The notes beneath the pieces are model-generated. The model saw nothing but the letters and a program-made list of their open reading frames with translations, was not told where the DNA came from and ran no database searches. Of a stretch of 64,000 nt of DNA, positions 23,934 through 36,099 are shown piece after piece. The stretch's first letter is position 1. Each line of letters begins with the position of its first letter. The stretch is from positions 1,612,001 through 1,676,000 of the forward strand of contig CP145410.1 of NCBI GenBank assembly GCA_036867785.1, read 5' to 3'. The position numbers and the translations under genes were made by a program. This DNA comes from Plasmodiophora brassicae (lineage: Eukaryota).

Positions 23934-24130
23934 CCTGTTCACCGGTGGGTCTGATGGGATAGCAACGGTGGACGCAGACATGGCAATGCATTGTATTGAT
24001 CGTTGGGAACCTTTGCCTGGCATAGAATAGACGGATGATATACGGGAGTTCTAGACGTGATAATGGGAACAGCAGCAGATAGAGGATGGAGTTATCATAC
24101 CGGCGAGAGAGAAGAGCGGAGCGTAGGGCG

Positions 24131-26987
24131 TCAGAGAAGGAGAACAGCATTGCGGAACTTGCGACGATCCGTTTCGCCCATACCCAGGAGCAGCAAATCA
24201 TCGTCGGACAGCTCTGGAATCAAATCGAGCGCGATCTCTTCGTCGTCGAACTTGGCGCACCAGGAACCCAACGACGCTCGGCTCAGGAACTCGGCGACAG
24301 TCGCTGGCGGCACGGCCGGCTTCGTGACGGACGCTATCGTTTCACCAGGAGGTGCTGCGGATTCAGACTGGGCCGCACGGAAACCGGACGCCTTGCTTGA
24401 CGTGTCCACGTTGTTGCCGGCAGCGCCGACCCCTGCATGCGAAGTTTCAGGCTCGAGGGCACTCGCATCAACGAGCTCGCCCGCATCTCCACGAATCGGA
24501 GTCCACAAGGGATCACAGGTTGATGCTGAGACGGGTAGCTGGCAGAACAACCCTTCGCCATCGGCGTCGGTGGCGTTGAGGCGCGAGACAAGCCACAGGC
24601 TGCGCATCCCGGCCAGTACTTGAGGGACACCGGCGGCACGCAGGCGAAGGCACTCCTGAATGAACATATCGACTTCGCTGGCTGACGTCGTCTCGACGCC
24701 CAGGACCGCCGAGAACAGAAGATCCTTCAGGAAGCGGTCACTGTCGTCGACCAAGCCGATGGTCGAATTGGGGACGGGTTGGGCGGACGCTGGCGGCTTG
24801 CGTATCGGAGGCATCGACGTGGACGAAGCGGACAACGGCGCGCCGGGCGCGAACGATGACGCCATCGGCGACAGCGATGTGCTTGATCGAACCGGTGCCA
24901 CGGATGACACGTCTGGCATAAAGCTCGGCGCAGAAGGTGACAACGCGGACGGCTTGTTGGAAACAGCCGAGTGCACGGAAGGGGGCAACGAATGGACGGT
25001 CGATCGAGAGGCAGCGGATGCGCCCGCCTCGGATGCCTGGGGTTTGCCAGGCATTGCCTGCGCGTTGTTTGAATTGCTGAGACCGCCGGGCAACGAATTC
25101 GCCCGAGTAGACGCACAGAAGGCGTTGCCGTCCGCGTTTGCCACAGAGGTCGTCTTCGAGGCAACACGCTCGACGTGCGTCGGCACGGGCTTGTCGACAC
25201 GCTGATCCGTCCAGAGGCGTTCAGGGCGGGAGGCGGCATAGGCCGGCGGGGCGTTGACGGTCTGTGGATCAGGGTTGCCCCAGGAAGACTCCTTGGATGG
25301 CTCGCCCCACTGAGTCATGTTGTTGCTCGAGGCAGTGCCCACTGAGGCACTGCTGTCATGGGACGACGATGGAACAGAAGCGTGCGAAGGGGGTCGAGCA
25401 CCAGGGGATGCACTCCACGATGGGCGGAGTGTGGCATCGGCAATCGCATCATGCGATGCGATTGCCGACGACGGCTGACACGGCGCCCTCGGTGCGTCGT
25501 CCCACGTTCTTTGATTCAGCGGTGAATGCCGACCACGTGCAGTGGACGACGCCGTGCCATGACCATTAGGGGTGTATCCAGCGGCGGAGGTGGAAGTTCC
25601 TGGACGCGACGTGCCGCTGGGCGCTGCCAACTCAGGCGCAGACACCCGACGAGCACCTGGTGCGGCCGTCGGTGCCGGGCGGCAACCAGTGGCATCGGTC
25701 TGAGCCGGGTTACGAAGCTGTGCGCCCCACGATGTTTCCTCGTCAATGGGTACAATGACTGGGGCCTCACCCTACAGCCACCTCAGTACTTTGATGATGC
25801 CAAACGAATCAGCCGCGCGTCATACCCAGTTCGAGGCCTGGTTCCACTGCCGACGAAGCGCTGGGGCGACGCCGGCACCCTTGATGACATTGTCGACGCG
25901 CGCAATGTCCCAGACCAGGGCGTCGTCGTTGACAAGGACGACACCCATCTCTTTGGTGAGGTACACCAGCGCAGACGGATCGCTGAATTCCACCCGCGCC
26001 ACAACCGACTTGCGTTGCTCCCTGTGGGTGGCCAGGTATGTCGCCCATTCGAACGCGAAATCCTCGCGGGTCGACGGGAGGTTGTCGTCGTGGCGGTCCC
26101 GCATGCTCACCAACAGATGGGCGTAGAACACGGCGATCGTCCTGTCCGTGTCATCGTCTGGGAGGCGGTACGACGCGACTGCCGACGCAGACGGGGACGA
26201 CGCGACGCAAGGCAGCGACGCGCTGAGGAACATTGGCGGCTCCTGGCACCTGTCCCGGTGCACGAGGATCTCATCGAGCGACAGGCGTTTGGGCGGCCGG
26301 CCGACGTCCGCGAGAAGCGTCTCGTGGACGTCGTCGACTGTCACATCCGGGTTGTGCCTGTCGCCGACACATTTCGACCGAAGGCAGCAGTGCTCGTAGG
26401 ACTTGAGCTTCGGCGGCGCCTTCGTACCGCACTCGAACGCGGCATGGTCGCCCATCCCACAGGTCGCGCACTCATGAACGAACCGGCAGGGATCGGCCCG
26501 GCAGGTCCCCTTCTGGTAGTGGGTACACGACGGAACGTACTCGCCCATCAGCAGCACCGCTAGCCCATTCGGGCGCACGTTCTGCGGAACAGCACTCGCG
26601 CCGATCAGAACCGGAACCGTCAGACAGTTCGCTCATCGCGACGCGATTACCCTGGTGGTCAGCGGCTCGGCCAGCGCACAGACGCAATCGCGAAGCCTCG
26701 AGTACCCGAGTTTATCTGCGAGGCGGGCGCGCGCTCCCATCAGCGACCAGCGACGCAGGGCAACCGTGACGCACGCGCCCACCGATCGGCCTGCTGTAGT
26801 ACGCCATGTACTTCTCGGGCAGCTTGCACAGGTTCAGCGTCTGGCCCGGCTCGCACGCCAGCATGCGCTCGATCTCGCGGCCCAGGCGCGTCAGCTGCGC
26901 CTGGATGTGCGGGCGCGGCGCGACGTACGCGCCGACGTGGACCTCGGCGTCGTCCTCGCTGTAGTCGTCGTCCGTCACGCACAGCAT
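24131..26987 (-). CDS. Putative RNA-regulatory protein: LOTUS/OST-HTH-like, CCCH + CCHC zinc fingers, PAM2-like motifs, C-terminal SAM domain; spliced
   Basis: LCKLPEKYMAYYSRPI..LGYSRLRDCV; CTHYQKGTCRADPCRFVH-ECATCGMGDHAAFEC; LSPSAPSFMP and LSPMASSFAP; TVAEFLSRASLGSWCAKFDDEEIALDLIPELSDDDLLLLGM. Confidence 0.65.
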
Positions 26988-27170
26988 GTCTCCCTGCCCA
27001 CTACGACGACACGCTCTCCGCCTCCCACGTTCGCACGCCTGGCCGGCCACCTCCAACTCTGGAATGCGCAACTGCGGTACGCTGCCGTCGCGCGAGCTCC
27101 GTCACGGCGGGCACCCGGACCCCGTCGTTCGCGCAACGACAAGAATGTATTGATGCCCGCAGGAACGCGA

Positions 27171-27717
27171 CTAGTGGTGCGGTTTCGGGACGAACCCGTC
27201 GACGGCGAAATTCCTGGTCGCCGCCGGCAGCTTGATCCGCATGCCGTCCATGTCGGGCCGGACGATGACCTGGCAGCCCAGGCGCGACGTTTCCGTCAGG
27301 CCGTACGCCATATCCAGCCTGCGCATGCCAACGGACGTCAGGCGGCGGCGGGCGCGGTACCGGCGCACCCACATGTCGTTCTCCTCGTCGGACGGCTCGG
27401 GCAGCGCTTCGTAGACCTTCGGCTCGAGGACCACGTGGCACGTCGAGCAGGCCAGCGAGCATTCGCAGGCGCCCTCCAGGTCGATATCGTTGGCGTGGGC
27501 GGCGTTCAGCAGGTTCTCCCCGACTTCCAGCCGGGTCGGCGTCTCCTGCCCCGACGGCTCCACCCATATGGCCGAGATCCTACCACACGGGCGCCGACGC
27601 GTCAATGGCCGGCCAGCGATCGACAGCAGCGACCCACGTCTGCTTCCCGGCGCCGCCCTCCGACATCCAACGCGCGGCCAGCGGACGCCGCAACAGGCGT
27701 CGCGCGAAGACATGCAT
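27171..27717 (-). CDS. FDX2: Mitochondrial adrenodoxin-type 2Fe-2S ferredoxin, 3 exons
   Basis: Presequence MHVFARRLLRRPLAARWMS; EGACECSLACSTCHV, EENDM|LDMAYGLTETSRLGCQV. Confidence 0.93.
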
Positions 27718-27824
27718 TGCACTGGAGGGTGTCGGATCTGTCCACCCGCGACGCTGCTGCGCGACTGGCGCAGTCTGCTGCAGCCTGCAGCTCGGGTCCG
27801 TGCGGTCGCGGCGGGATCGACTGT

Positions 27825-29657
27825 TTAATGGGCGGGCATGCGCTCCGCGAAATAGTTCTGTCGGCGGGTCCGCTCGATGCGCTCCTCGCGGGCGTAGAGC
27901 AGCGCGGAGATCTCGGCGTCGACGGCGGCGGACAGCGACTTGTTCTCGCGCAGGTCGAGGTACGAGATCATGGCGTTGTCGCGGACCTCCTGCAGCAGGC
28001 GAGCGCCGGCGTCGTCTTCCGGGACGCAGTCGTTCCCGGATACGTCGATGCTTGTTAGCGCGTTGCCGTGGTGGATCAGGTCGACCAGAGCGGCTTGCGA
28101 GTGCGCGCCCAGGCCGTTACAGCTTAGGTTCAGCGACTCCAGCGTGTTGTTGTCGATGAGGCCACGCAGCAGGGCAGCGCCGCCTTGATCGCCAACGTCG
28201 TTCAAACGCAGTGACAGCTCCTGCAGCGTCGCGTTCTTCGACAGGGCGTGACCGAGGGCGGCACCTCCCTCGCCGCTGATACAGTTGTCCGCCAGGTTCA
28301 ACGAGATCAGGACGCAGTCGTGCGTCAGCATCTCCGCCAGCTTCACGGCCCCGTCATTCGAGATGCGGTTGTGCGACAGATCTGTCACGTAGCATAAGTG
28401 AAAGGCACTTACGAAAACGGCACGTGTCCGCCCATACCGAGACACGTCACGGTCTGGTTCCCGGTAAGGCCCCTCATTAGCAACCCGAGCAGCTCGTCGT
28501 CAACTTGGCTTTGTCGGACACTACGTAACAGTGAGTAGGCGGCGGCACTCTGATGAAGGCGTCCTACTAGAAGTTGCTAAGCGACCGGGTCTCGAGCAGC
28601 ATCGTCGATAGGGCGCTGGCGTCCTTGCTCTTCATACCGAACAGGTCCGGGTCGAAGTTCATGCCGACATCGGGTGCGCCGTACACAAGGTCGAGCGTCG
28701 TCAGGTTGAAGAACCCCTTGAAGACGTGCGCCAGGTTGATGTGAGCGCGTTGCTGACCCAAGCGGACCGTGTGCACGAACGGCCGTGCCGCCTCGACATC
28801 CGCCATCACGTCCTGCAGCGTCGACGCTGCCTTCGATGCATGGTACTGCTCCAAGCGCTCCTGCAGGAAGTTTTCGAAGAACAGCCGTTTGTAGCTTGAC
28901 CCGTGATGGGCGACCTCGGCCAGCGGCCACCGGGCCGACATGTGCTTCCAGAAGACTTCCGATGCTGAACACCAAACGGATTCGTTACAGCCAGGTCACC
29001 AGGTGCAAGCCGCGCGCTCCTACAGATCTGCTGGGCGGCCCGAGACAGCTGGATGGTGGCCGGGGCGACACGGCGAACAATGGACGAGACGTACTGCTGC
29101 GGGACCTGATCCAGCAGTGGCCACTCGGACAGGTTGGCAGCGATCTTCGCGATGCACAGCTCGTCTAGGCGCGGCACCTGGAGGCGACGCCTCGGCGGGG
29201 CCGGTCCCGCTTCCGGTTCCCCTTTCGTCTTGAACTCGTTCAGCGCCATCGCATAGACCTCCTGCTCTGTCATGTTCCCGATAGACGACACCGGTGCAGC
29301 AGTTGCAGCACTTGGTGAAGGTTCACCGACGGTTTGCGGTGCTAGTCCCGCAGCTGCAATCGCCGGTTCGGACGAAGGTTCATTGGCCTGCGCGGCGGAA
29401 TCGGGTCGAGGAGATCCGGCCGACGACTGCGCGTCGTGTTCTTCAGCGCCACCTTCGCCATCGACCAGGTTTCCGTCGTCGTCCTCCTCGTCCTCGTCTC
29501 GAGGAGATTCCTCGACGTCGTCGTTGTTGTTGTCGGCGGGTTCCTCCCCGGCCGACGCGGCGTCTTCGAGGTCGGGCTCGTCGACAGCGGTGTCCGGATC
29601 AGGTCCCGATGCCTGCGACGCTGGATCGGAACGCCCCGTCGAGCTTTCGTCCGACAT
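27825..29657 (-). CDS. TCTE1: Dynein regulatory complex subunit 5 (LRR), multi-exon
   Basis: VPRLDELCIAKIAAN; HGSSYKRLFFE; LDLVYGAPDVGMNFDPDLFGMKSKDA; RI-like LRRs (DLSHNRISNDGA, LNLADNCISGEGG). Confidence 0.85.
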
Positions 29658-30549
29658 GATAGCTGGGCACTACCACCGTACCCTTGGTCGAACGTCCCGA
29701 TCTAACACGGAACGTGGCCAACATCTGGCGCCGTTTATCAGACGATACGTGGGACACGGAGGCGGAGCTCTGGGCAGGAAGGGGACCAGAACGGTTGACA
29801 ATTCCGGTGCCCTTATCGAGGTATGTACGAACTATTATTGTAAGGCCACCGCAGTGGATTGAAGCTGATGAAAGCGATCGTTCAACTAGTGCAGGCATCC
29901 AAGCTGTTGGCTATTAACTTGTATAATGTGTAAACCGAGGTAGTAGATCAACCTAAGTTCCAGGCGCGCACGAGGGAGCGTCTGGAGACGACCAGAAGCA
30001 CCTCAGATCTGGCCGGATGCGTTCTTCTACCGCCTTGAAGAGAAACCCAAGTGCGTTCGAAGAGGCGCGCCTTGCGCACGACGATGACATGGCGGCGTCG
30101 CAGAACGCTACTCCAACTATCCCGAAGAGCCCTTGTCGGAAGATACCCACATCCTCAAAACGGAGCGACAAGCCAAAGACAAATAGTTTCGAAGTATCAT
30201 GGGACCGAATATGGACTCGTTTATGAAAGTCCACAACGCTGAAGGCCGGCATCCACTGTTGTGGTTGTAAAGACGCCTGACAACAGAGGATGTGGAATTG
30301 CGAGAGGTCGGCGCCACGTGTGAGAGGCACCTGCTCGGCCGCCGCTCACGCCACGTGACTGCACAGGCGCAGTTTGCATGTGCGCTCGCAGCGACGCATC
30401 CGCATTGCGTTGCGCGACTGGTAGGCTCGGTCTTGCGGGCCACTGCAGTGCCGCAGTCCTCGCTCTGCGATGCGGACTGGCGGCTTCCCGTGGGCGGTGG
30501 CGCCAATTTGATCGCATCATCGTCGTTCGCACAGCGGATGTCTGGCGCT

Positions 30550-31785
30550 ATGCGATGGGTCCGGATTGCTCTGCTGTTGGCGGCGATTGCTACTGGCATC
30601 GTGACACTTCGTCGGTTGCACCATCAACTGTACCTGAAGGACGCGTTGAACCCGGTCTGCAGTATCCCGTATGGTAGCACCGACTTCGTCAACGGCAATG
30701 AAACGTGCTATCAGACGTCTATTCACGGTGTCACCAAGGGCTGTCTCGAACTGCACGAGCTGGGCCAGCCAGACAACGTATCCATCCTTGCCAGTTTCGA
30801 GAAGAATCATGCGCGCGGTTTCAGCCTCATCGACCTGCCAACCAGCGACGTGATGCCGATCATGCGCTCGATCAAGGCCAGCGAGGTCGTCACGCTTTAC
30901 GACCTCAGCGGGTTCGGGATGGCAGTGCAGCGGTCCATTCAGAGGGAGCTCAACGAAATGGGCAGATCCAACTGGATCGCCATTGCTTCAGGTACCCAGT
31001 GCCGGGCAACCGCCCGAACAAAGTCCCAGGGCCGGACCATGGGCAAACTGGAGCTGGTTCACATTGATTTCAGTCGCAATGCCACGCTTCGCACGCTGCT
31101 GAACAATCCGGGTGCCATCAGGCCGACCCTCCAGTTCCGTTTGGCGACGTCGCCCATTTTCCGGCGGCTTGACGAGGCATTCGGAACCGGGAACGTCGAG
31201 GCAGCTCATGAATTCCTGGAACTGAAGCACACGCTCAACGTCTGGGCGCCGGTTGTCGATGTTGTAACCTCAGACCCGTTGGCGATGATGTCGGCCGAAT
31301 CGTTATGCGACGGGCAGGCCAAAGAATGCAAGATCAATTCCGGGTGTGACCTTCGCTCGAGCGTCCTAAGGTCGCAGGTCGTGTGCCGGGCGGCGGACGC
31401 CACCAGCAATACGTGGTTCTGGAAACGGAAGATGACGTTCGGGCAGGCGTTCGTGTTCGATTCGAGGCGCACGCCTCATTCCTCCGTCCCGATCGGGAAG
31501 GGCGTCCGCCGGTCTGTCGAGGTTCGCGTTCTGATCTTGAAGCCGAAGGACGAGTTCGAATACCACGGTTCATGGCTACCCAGGAAGATGATCAAACAGC
31601 GACGGTACGGTAGAGAATATCGCCCCTGCTGGACGATACCAATGCTTCAGGGCGCACGAGAGGTCGTCAAGGCGCTGCACTACGACGAGGTACGCCTCGA
31701 TTCTGCGTTCGGCGACGACACCCAGCTCCTGGAACGCGCGTTGCGCATGCTCGCGCGCGAGAGATTCCCCCGGCACTGCGCCTAA
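30550..31785 (+). CDS. CmcJ/AsaB-like 2OG-Fe(II) oxygenase paralogue C (diverged, dispersed copy)
   Basis: MRWVRIALLLAAIATGIV; VHIDFS, LNVWAP, DPLAM, WFWKRKMTFGQAFVFDSRRTPHSSV, RRSVEVRV; colinear with paralogues A and B. Confidence 0.7.
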   Translation: MRWVRIALLLAAIATGIVTLRRLHHQLYLKDALNPVCSIPYGSTDFVNGNETCYQTSIHGVTKGCLELHELGQPDNVSILASFEKNHARGFSLIDLPTSDVMPIMRSIKASEVVTLYDLSGFGMAVQRSIQRELNEMGRSNWIAIASGTQCRATARTKSQGRTMGKLELVHIDFSRNATLRTLLNNPGAIRPTLQFRLATSPIFRRLDEAFGTGNVEAAHEFLELKHTLNVWAPVVDVVTSDPLAMMSAESLCDGQAKECKINSGCDLRSSVLRSQVVCRAADATSNTWFWKRKMTFGQAFVFDSRRTPHSSVPIGKGVRRSVEVRVLILKPKDEFEYHGSWLPRKMIKQRRYGREYRPCWTIPMLQGAREVVKALHYDEVRLDSAFGDDTQLLERALRMLARERFPRHCA

Positions 31786-31972
31786 TCAGAAATGAACATT
31801 CATTGCAGTCCGTTGCAGTGCGCGACACGGCCGGACTGCATCGGACGCAGCGGCAACGTGTTCCGTAGCAGACAGCCGGGCGGAACACGGACGGCCACCT
31901 CATGCGTTTGCGGAAAACGCCGCCCCGAGTTGTGCGAAAGTTCGGTCCGACGAAGGCCGCCGCCGGCCAGAC

Positions 31973-33271
31973 ATGGACCAACAACAAGGCTCGCGGGGCG
32001 GGCGGCTGGCCGAGGCGCTCGCCGACGTGCCGGATGGGTGCCGACTCGTCCTGGGTGTGTGCGCGGCGGTGTTCGCCGTGACGACGCTGACGGGCGACGT
32101 CCCGGTCATCTGCCCCGGCAGCGTCGTGTTCGACCCCTGGACATGTCGGCTGTCCGTACGCGCGCGCGCCCCCATCCCTGCGTTCTGACGCTGCGTTCGC
32201 AGATGCCTACATGCTTGTCGTGCCATCGTAGGATCTCGAACTGTCATGCGGGTGGCGCGCAGCTGACGTGGCCACCACCGCAGGTTCGTTCATCTTGGCG
32301 CGTTGCACATTCTGTTGTACGTTAAACGTCCCCGCGACCGCTGCCCTGCGTTCTGAATCCCCCACAGCAACATGATGGCGTTGCTGTCGGTCGGCGTCAC
32401 GATCGAGAAGCGCTTCGGGACGCTGTGCTTCGTCGGCATCGTCATGCTGTTCGCCGTGCTGGGCAACGCGGTCTACGTGCTCGCGTACTGGGCTTGGGCC
32501 GTGGTCGGCGGTGACGCCACCATGCTGATGTCGTGTGCGGCTGGATTCTCGGGCGTCCTGTTCGGGATGATCGTCCTCGAGTCCATGCTGGGCAACACGT
32601 CCGGGTCCAGATCCGTCTTCGGGCTCGTTGCCGTTCCCAGCTGGGCGTACCCATGGTCGGTGTCATTGTCCACACCCAGAGCGTGCGCTGATGTGCTTTC
32701 TTTTCTCAGGGTGTCCATGGTGGCCATACAGCTGCTCATGCCTGGAGTGTCTTTCATTGGGCACCTGAGCGGCGCGTTCATCGGCCTGCTCTGTACGTGA
32801 CGGGTTCATGGTGCCAGCAGCGGCATTGTCTGACGGTTCTGCTACGTAGATTCGTACGGTGTCCTGAATTGGTTAACGCTCAAGAGGTCGTGGATCAGAT
32901 CGTTCGACGCGTCGTCCGTTGGCCAGAAAATCGGCCGGCGGCCCAGTTACGTCGCATGTCCCGAAACGTCGCCGTTGCCGCCTGGAGCCCCGTATGCTAG
33001 GCTTCGTCGTGCCCACTCGTTTGCAACGGCGTCGAAATCTCACATCGCCATCAGTGAGTGGTTCACGTCCGCCGGCCTGGCTGTCGTTTCCCGGTTTCGT
33101 GCGGCTGGAAACCACTGCCGGTCGCTGTTCAGGATCAGGAGAGCGGCACCTCACTGGACCACTGGTGTCGGCCATCGACTTGGAGGCGAACATCCCGCGT
33201 ATGAGCTTGTCGGAAGAGCGGACATTGAGGCGGGGACGGCTGCCAAACCCCCAGTACATCCACCGACCTAA
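31973..33271 (+). CDS. Rhomboid-family intramembrane serine protease (RHBDD1/RBL-like), multi-exon
   Basis: H..L..|NMMALLSVGVTIEKRFGT; AAGFSGVLFG (GxSG); VPSWAYPW; SFIGHLSGAFIG (catalytic His). Confidence 0.85.
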
Positions 33272-33313
33272 GAGATTGCCCCAGGGCGTGATGAAGACAC
33301 TCGGCACAAACAT

Positions 33314-34123
33314 TTATGTAGTAGGTTCTGCTGGCAGACAGATGTACAAAGGCAGGGCAACCGATTCAGCCAGTTTGAGGTGAACGGATTGGATGTTGTC
33401 CCAGTTGCCGCGAATTTGCTTCACAGCGCTGTCCAGGCCCTGCATGATATTCTGGATGATCTCGGTGCGCGTCTGGCTGACTCTGGCGATCTTGATCGCA
33501 ACGCACGACCCGCAACTGAGGAACATGTACGTCGAGTCCCGCGCCTTCTCCAGTTCTGAGGCTACGTTCTTCCCATTGATACGAACGGGGACGGGCTGCT
33601 TCTTGCGCGTGAAGAACGCCTTGCCCAGCAGATGCGGCAGCAGGTTCAACACGCGCTGATCGGCGAGAAACAGGTCATAGGCCAAGCATAGCTCACGCTT
33701 GTCCTTGTACTGCGAATACTTGGCCTTCAGCTTCTGGACACCGATCACCTTGCGAACGTTGCGAACGGGATTCAACGACAGCTTCTCCTTGTACTCCTTC
33801 TGAGGGTCCTTCGTGATGAGGCAGATTTCGACGCCATCAGCAAGGTAGAGCGAATGCGGGATCTGACTGGGAACGATGTTAGCGAAACGGCAACAGCGCC
33901 AAGTATACACTGACGCCTACATTCGCTTCGGGGACGTTTTCGCCTTGGATGGCGCGCTGAATAAGTTCAACACGAGAATATAGAACTGATCATCGTCGAC
34001 GAGTGACATCTGCGCGCTTTCAGCCTCCTTCTTCGCAACGTATTTCTGCAGGGCACGGACGGCACGCTCGACCGTGCCGGATTCGACAGGCGAAGCGCCA
34101 TCGTTGTCGGTTCGGCCCACCAT
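33314..34123 (-). CDS. RSL1D1: Ribosomal L1 domain-containing protein (RSL1D1/Cic1/Utp30 family), one intron
   Basis: IPHSL..EICLITKDP..KVIGVQKLKAKY..KRELC..YDLFLADQRV..LLGKAFF..KKQPVPV..WDNIQSVHLK..SVALPLY. Confidence 0.9.
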
Positions 34124-34452
34124 TGGCACGAAGGTCGCAGAGTGGAGGTGGACCCACGGACTCCGTGACGGACTCCGCAGGTCCGACCTCGACTTCACTG
34201 GCGACTTAAGTGGCTGGCGGTCCGAACTCTGTGCAAAGGAGAGATGCACAGAGCGGTCGGTGTCTTTATCGCCAGGGGAATGTCGGTGATTCCGCTGATC
34301 ACAACTGACACGGATGCAGAGCGCCATTTCTGGGGTCGGCCAATGACGATACCATCTCAATTGAGGCACAGAACTTGGGTAGCGTTTCCTAAGGTGCTGC
34401 TTTCAACTAATGGGTTTTATATCGCCTGATGGACTGTGGGGAAGTTCCGTCT

Positions 34453-35964
34453 CTACAGGCCACCCATATGGACATCGTTGATGAATCCTGCAAGGTCATG
34501 ATCTTCGATAAACGCCAACGCGCGCCGTCCGGTCGCATTGAAGTGCTTCTGGCCATTGGCAGGGTTCCCGCCAATCAGGTATCCCATGGCCAGGATTGGA
34601 ACGAGGAGGCACAACGAGCATCCTCGCATCTGCTCCCGAAGGCCCTCCAGCGTCAAGCTGTCATCGACGACGCTCTGTAACCCGCGTCAGTAGCCGAAAC
34701 CATGGTCGGGCACACGTTGCACGTACAGGATCAGCTAGCGTCTTCAACGTATGGTAGTACAACGCGATCCATTCGTTCTCGTGCCGACGGCGAAGGTCGG
34801 TCGGGACGCTGGTCCCCAGCAGGTAGCACAGGTCGAACATGACGGGACGCACCGCGAACGCCTGCCAGTCGATATGCGCCATCTTGGACCGCGAGACCGC
34901 GATGATGTTGGCGCAGTGCAAATCCCCATGCGTCAGGCTGCTGGGCATGGTCCTAGTGATAGTCAGCAGGCGCGATACCCTGCCCAACGTCGAACGCGGC
35001 GCCCACCTGAACAGTAACTCGTGGAACGCGACGCCGTGGTCCAGGAACGCTTCGACTAGGCCGCGCTGCTTGAGGATCTGTTGATTCGTCAGGCAACGGC
35101 ACGTCGCGTTCAGTTCGGCACACGGGACCTCCGATGGCGTCGTCTTCAGGTTCATCGTCCACATGAGCCGGAACGCCAGCAGCATCATGCGAGTTGTGAG
35201 TGGCCCCATGGCGCCTTGCTCGAATCGGTGCACCCAGGACGGCGCGTTCCTCAGCTGCGATGGGCAGTGCAACGACTTGGCATGCATCTTGGCCACGCTG
35301 CGGATGACGCTCTCGACGACGGCCGGATCGTCCAGGCCGGTCTCGATCGGGATTGCTGCGCCCTGGATGCACTCCATGACGATGATGTACTGCCCCGTCC
35401 AGTGGTCGTGTCGGTACAGGACTCTGGGCAGGCGCGGCATCTGCGATTTCGGTGACAGGAGCGCGGTGCCCTCGCTACGGTTCAGACCGAACAACCCGTT
35501 GAAGATGATCTCACCCGACGCCTCTGGTGACGACTTGCAGATCACCGACTGGACAGCACCATCCCTGGGCCATCGGTTATCAGTGCCTGTCCGGGGCCGC
35601 CTACCGACCTGCGGTTGATCTCACGGGGACTCGATACCAACGTAATCGATACGTGCGATGGTGGACATCTTGCCATCGCCGATGTGCCCGCTGCCGACGA
35701 TCGCGACAGGGTAGCCGACCATGTCGCTGAGCGACGACGCGTCGAGCTCGCCCGGGTGCATAATCGGCAGCGCCCCGTCGTACCGGCGCCATTGACGGCG
35801 CGCCCACAGCGCCGGCCGCGACGTCCAGACCTGGGCACATACCAAGTGAGCCGTAGCAGGACGTTGACGTTGCTGTTTGCTCCCAGCGCATGCACCTTCA
35901 GGCACAGCAGCAGGCACAGCTGCTTGAGGATGCACCACGACAGCCAGAGCGCGAACGGCACCAT
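34453..35964 (-). CDS. Ecdysteroid-kinase-like / APH-choline kinase family phosphotransferase with hydrophobic N-terminus; spliced
   Basis: IICK, IIVMEC, VAKMHA, LTHGDLHCANI, IDWQ, FDLCYLLGTSVPTDLRRRHE...YYHTL. Confidence 0.75.
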
Positions 35965-36099
35965 ATCCACAGCGACTGGATGTGGCACGCGCCCCAGATC
36001 TCGAATCGGTTCGACAGCCGCTGCGCTCTATCGCGATCACGGGCGTCGACTGCTACGTCTACATGGTCCCCAGTGCTAAACGCAGCGCCCGTTTATACA

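Noticed and set aside
29953-30330. Short ORFs between TCTE1 and oxygenase paralogue C
   Set aside because: No recognisable motifs or consistent gene model.
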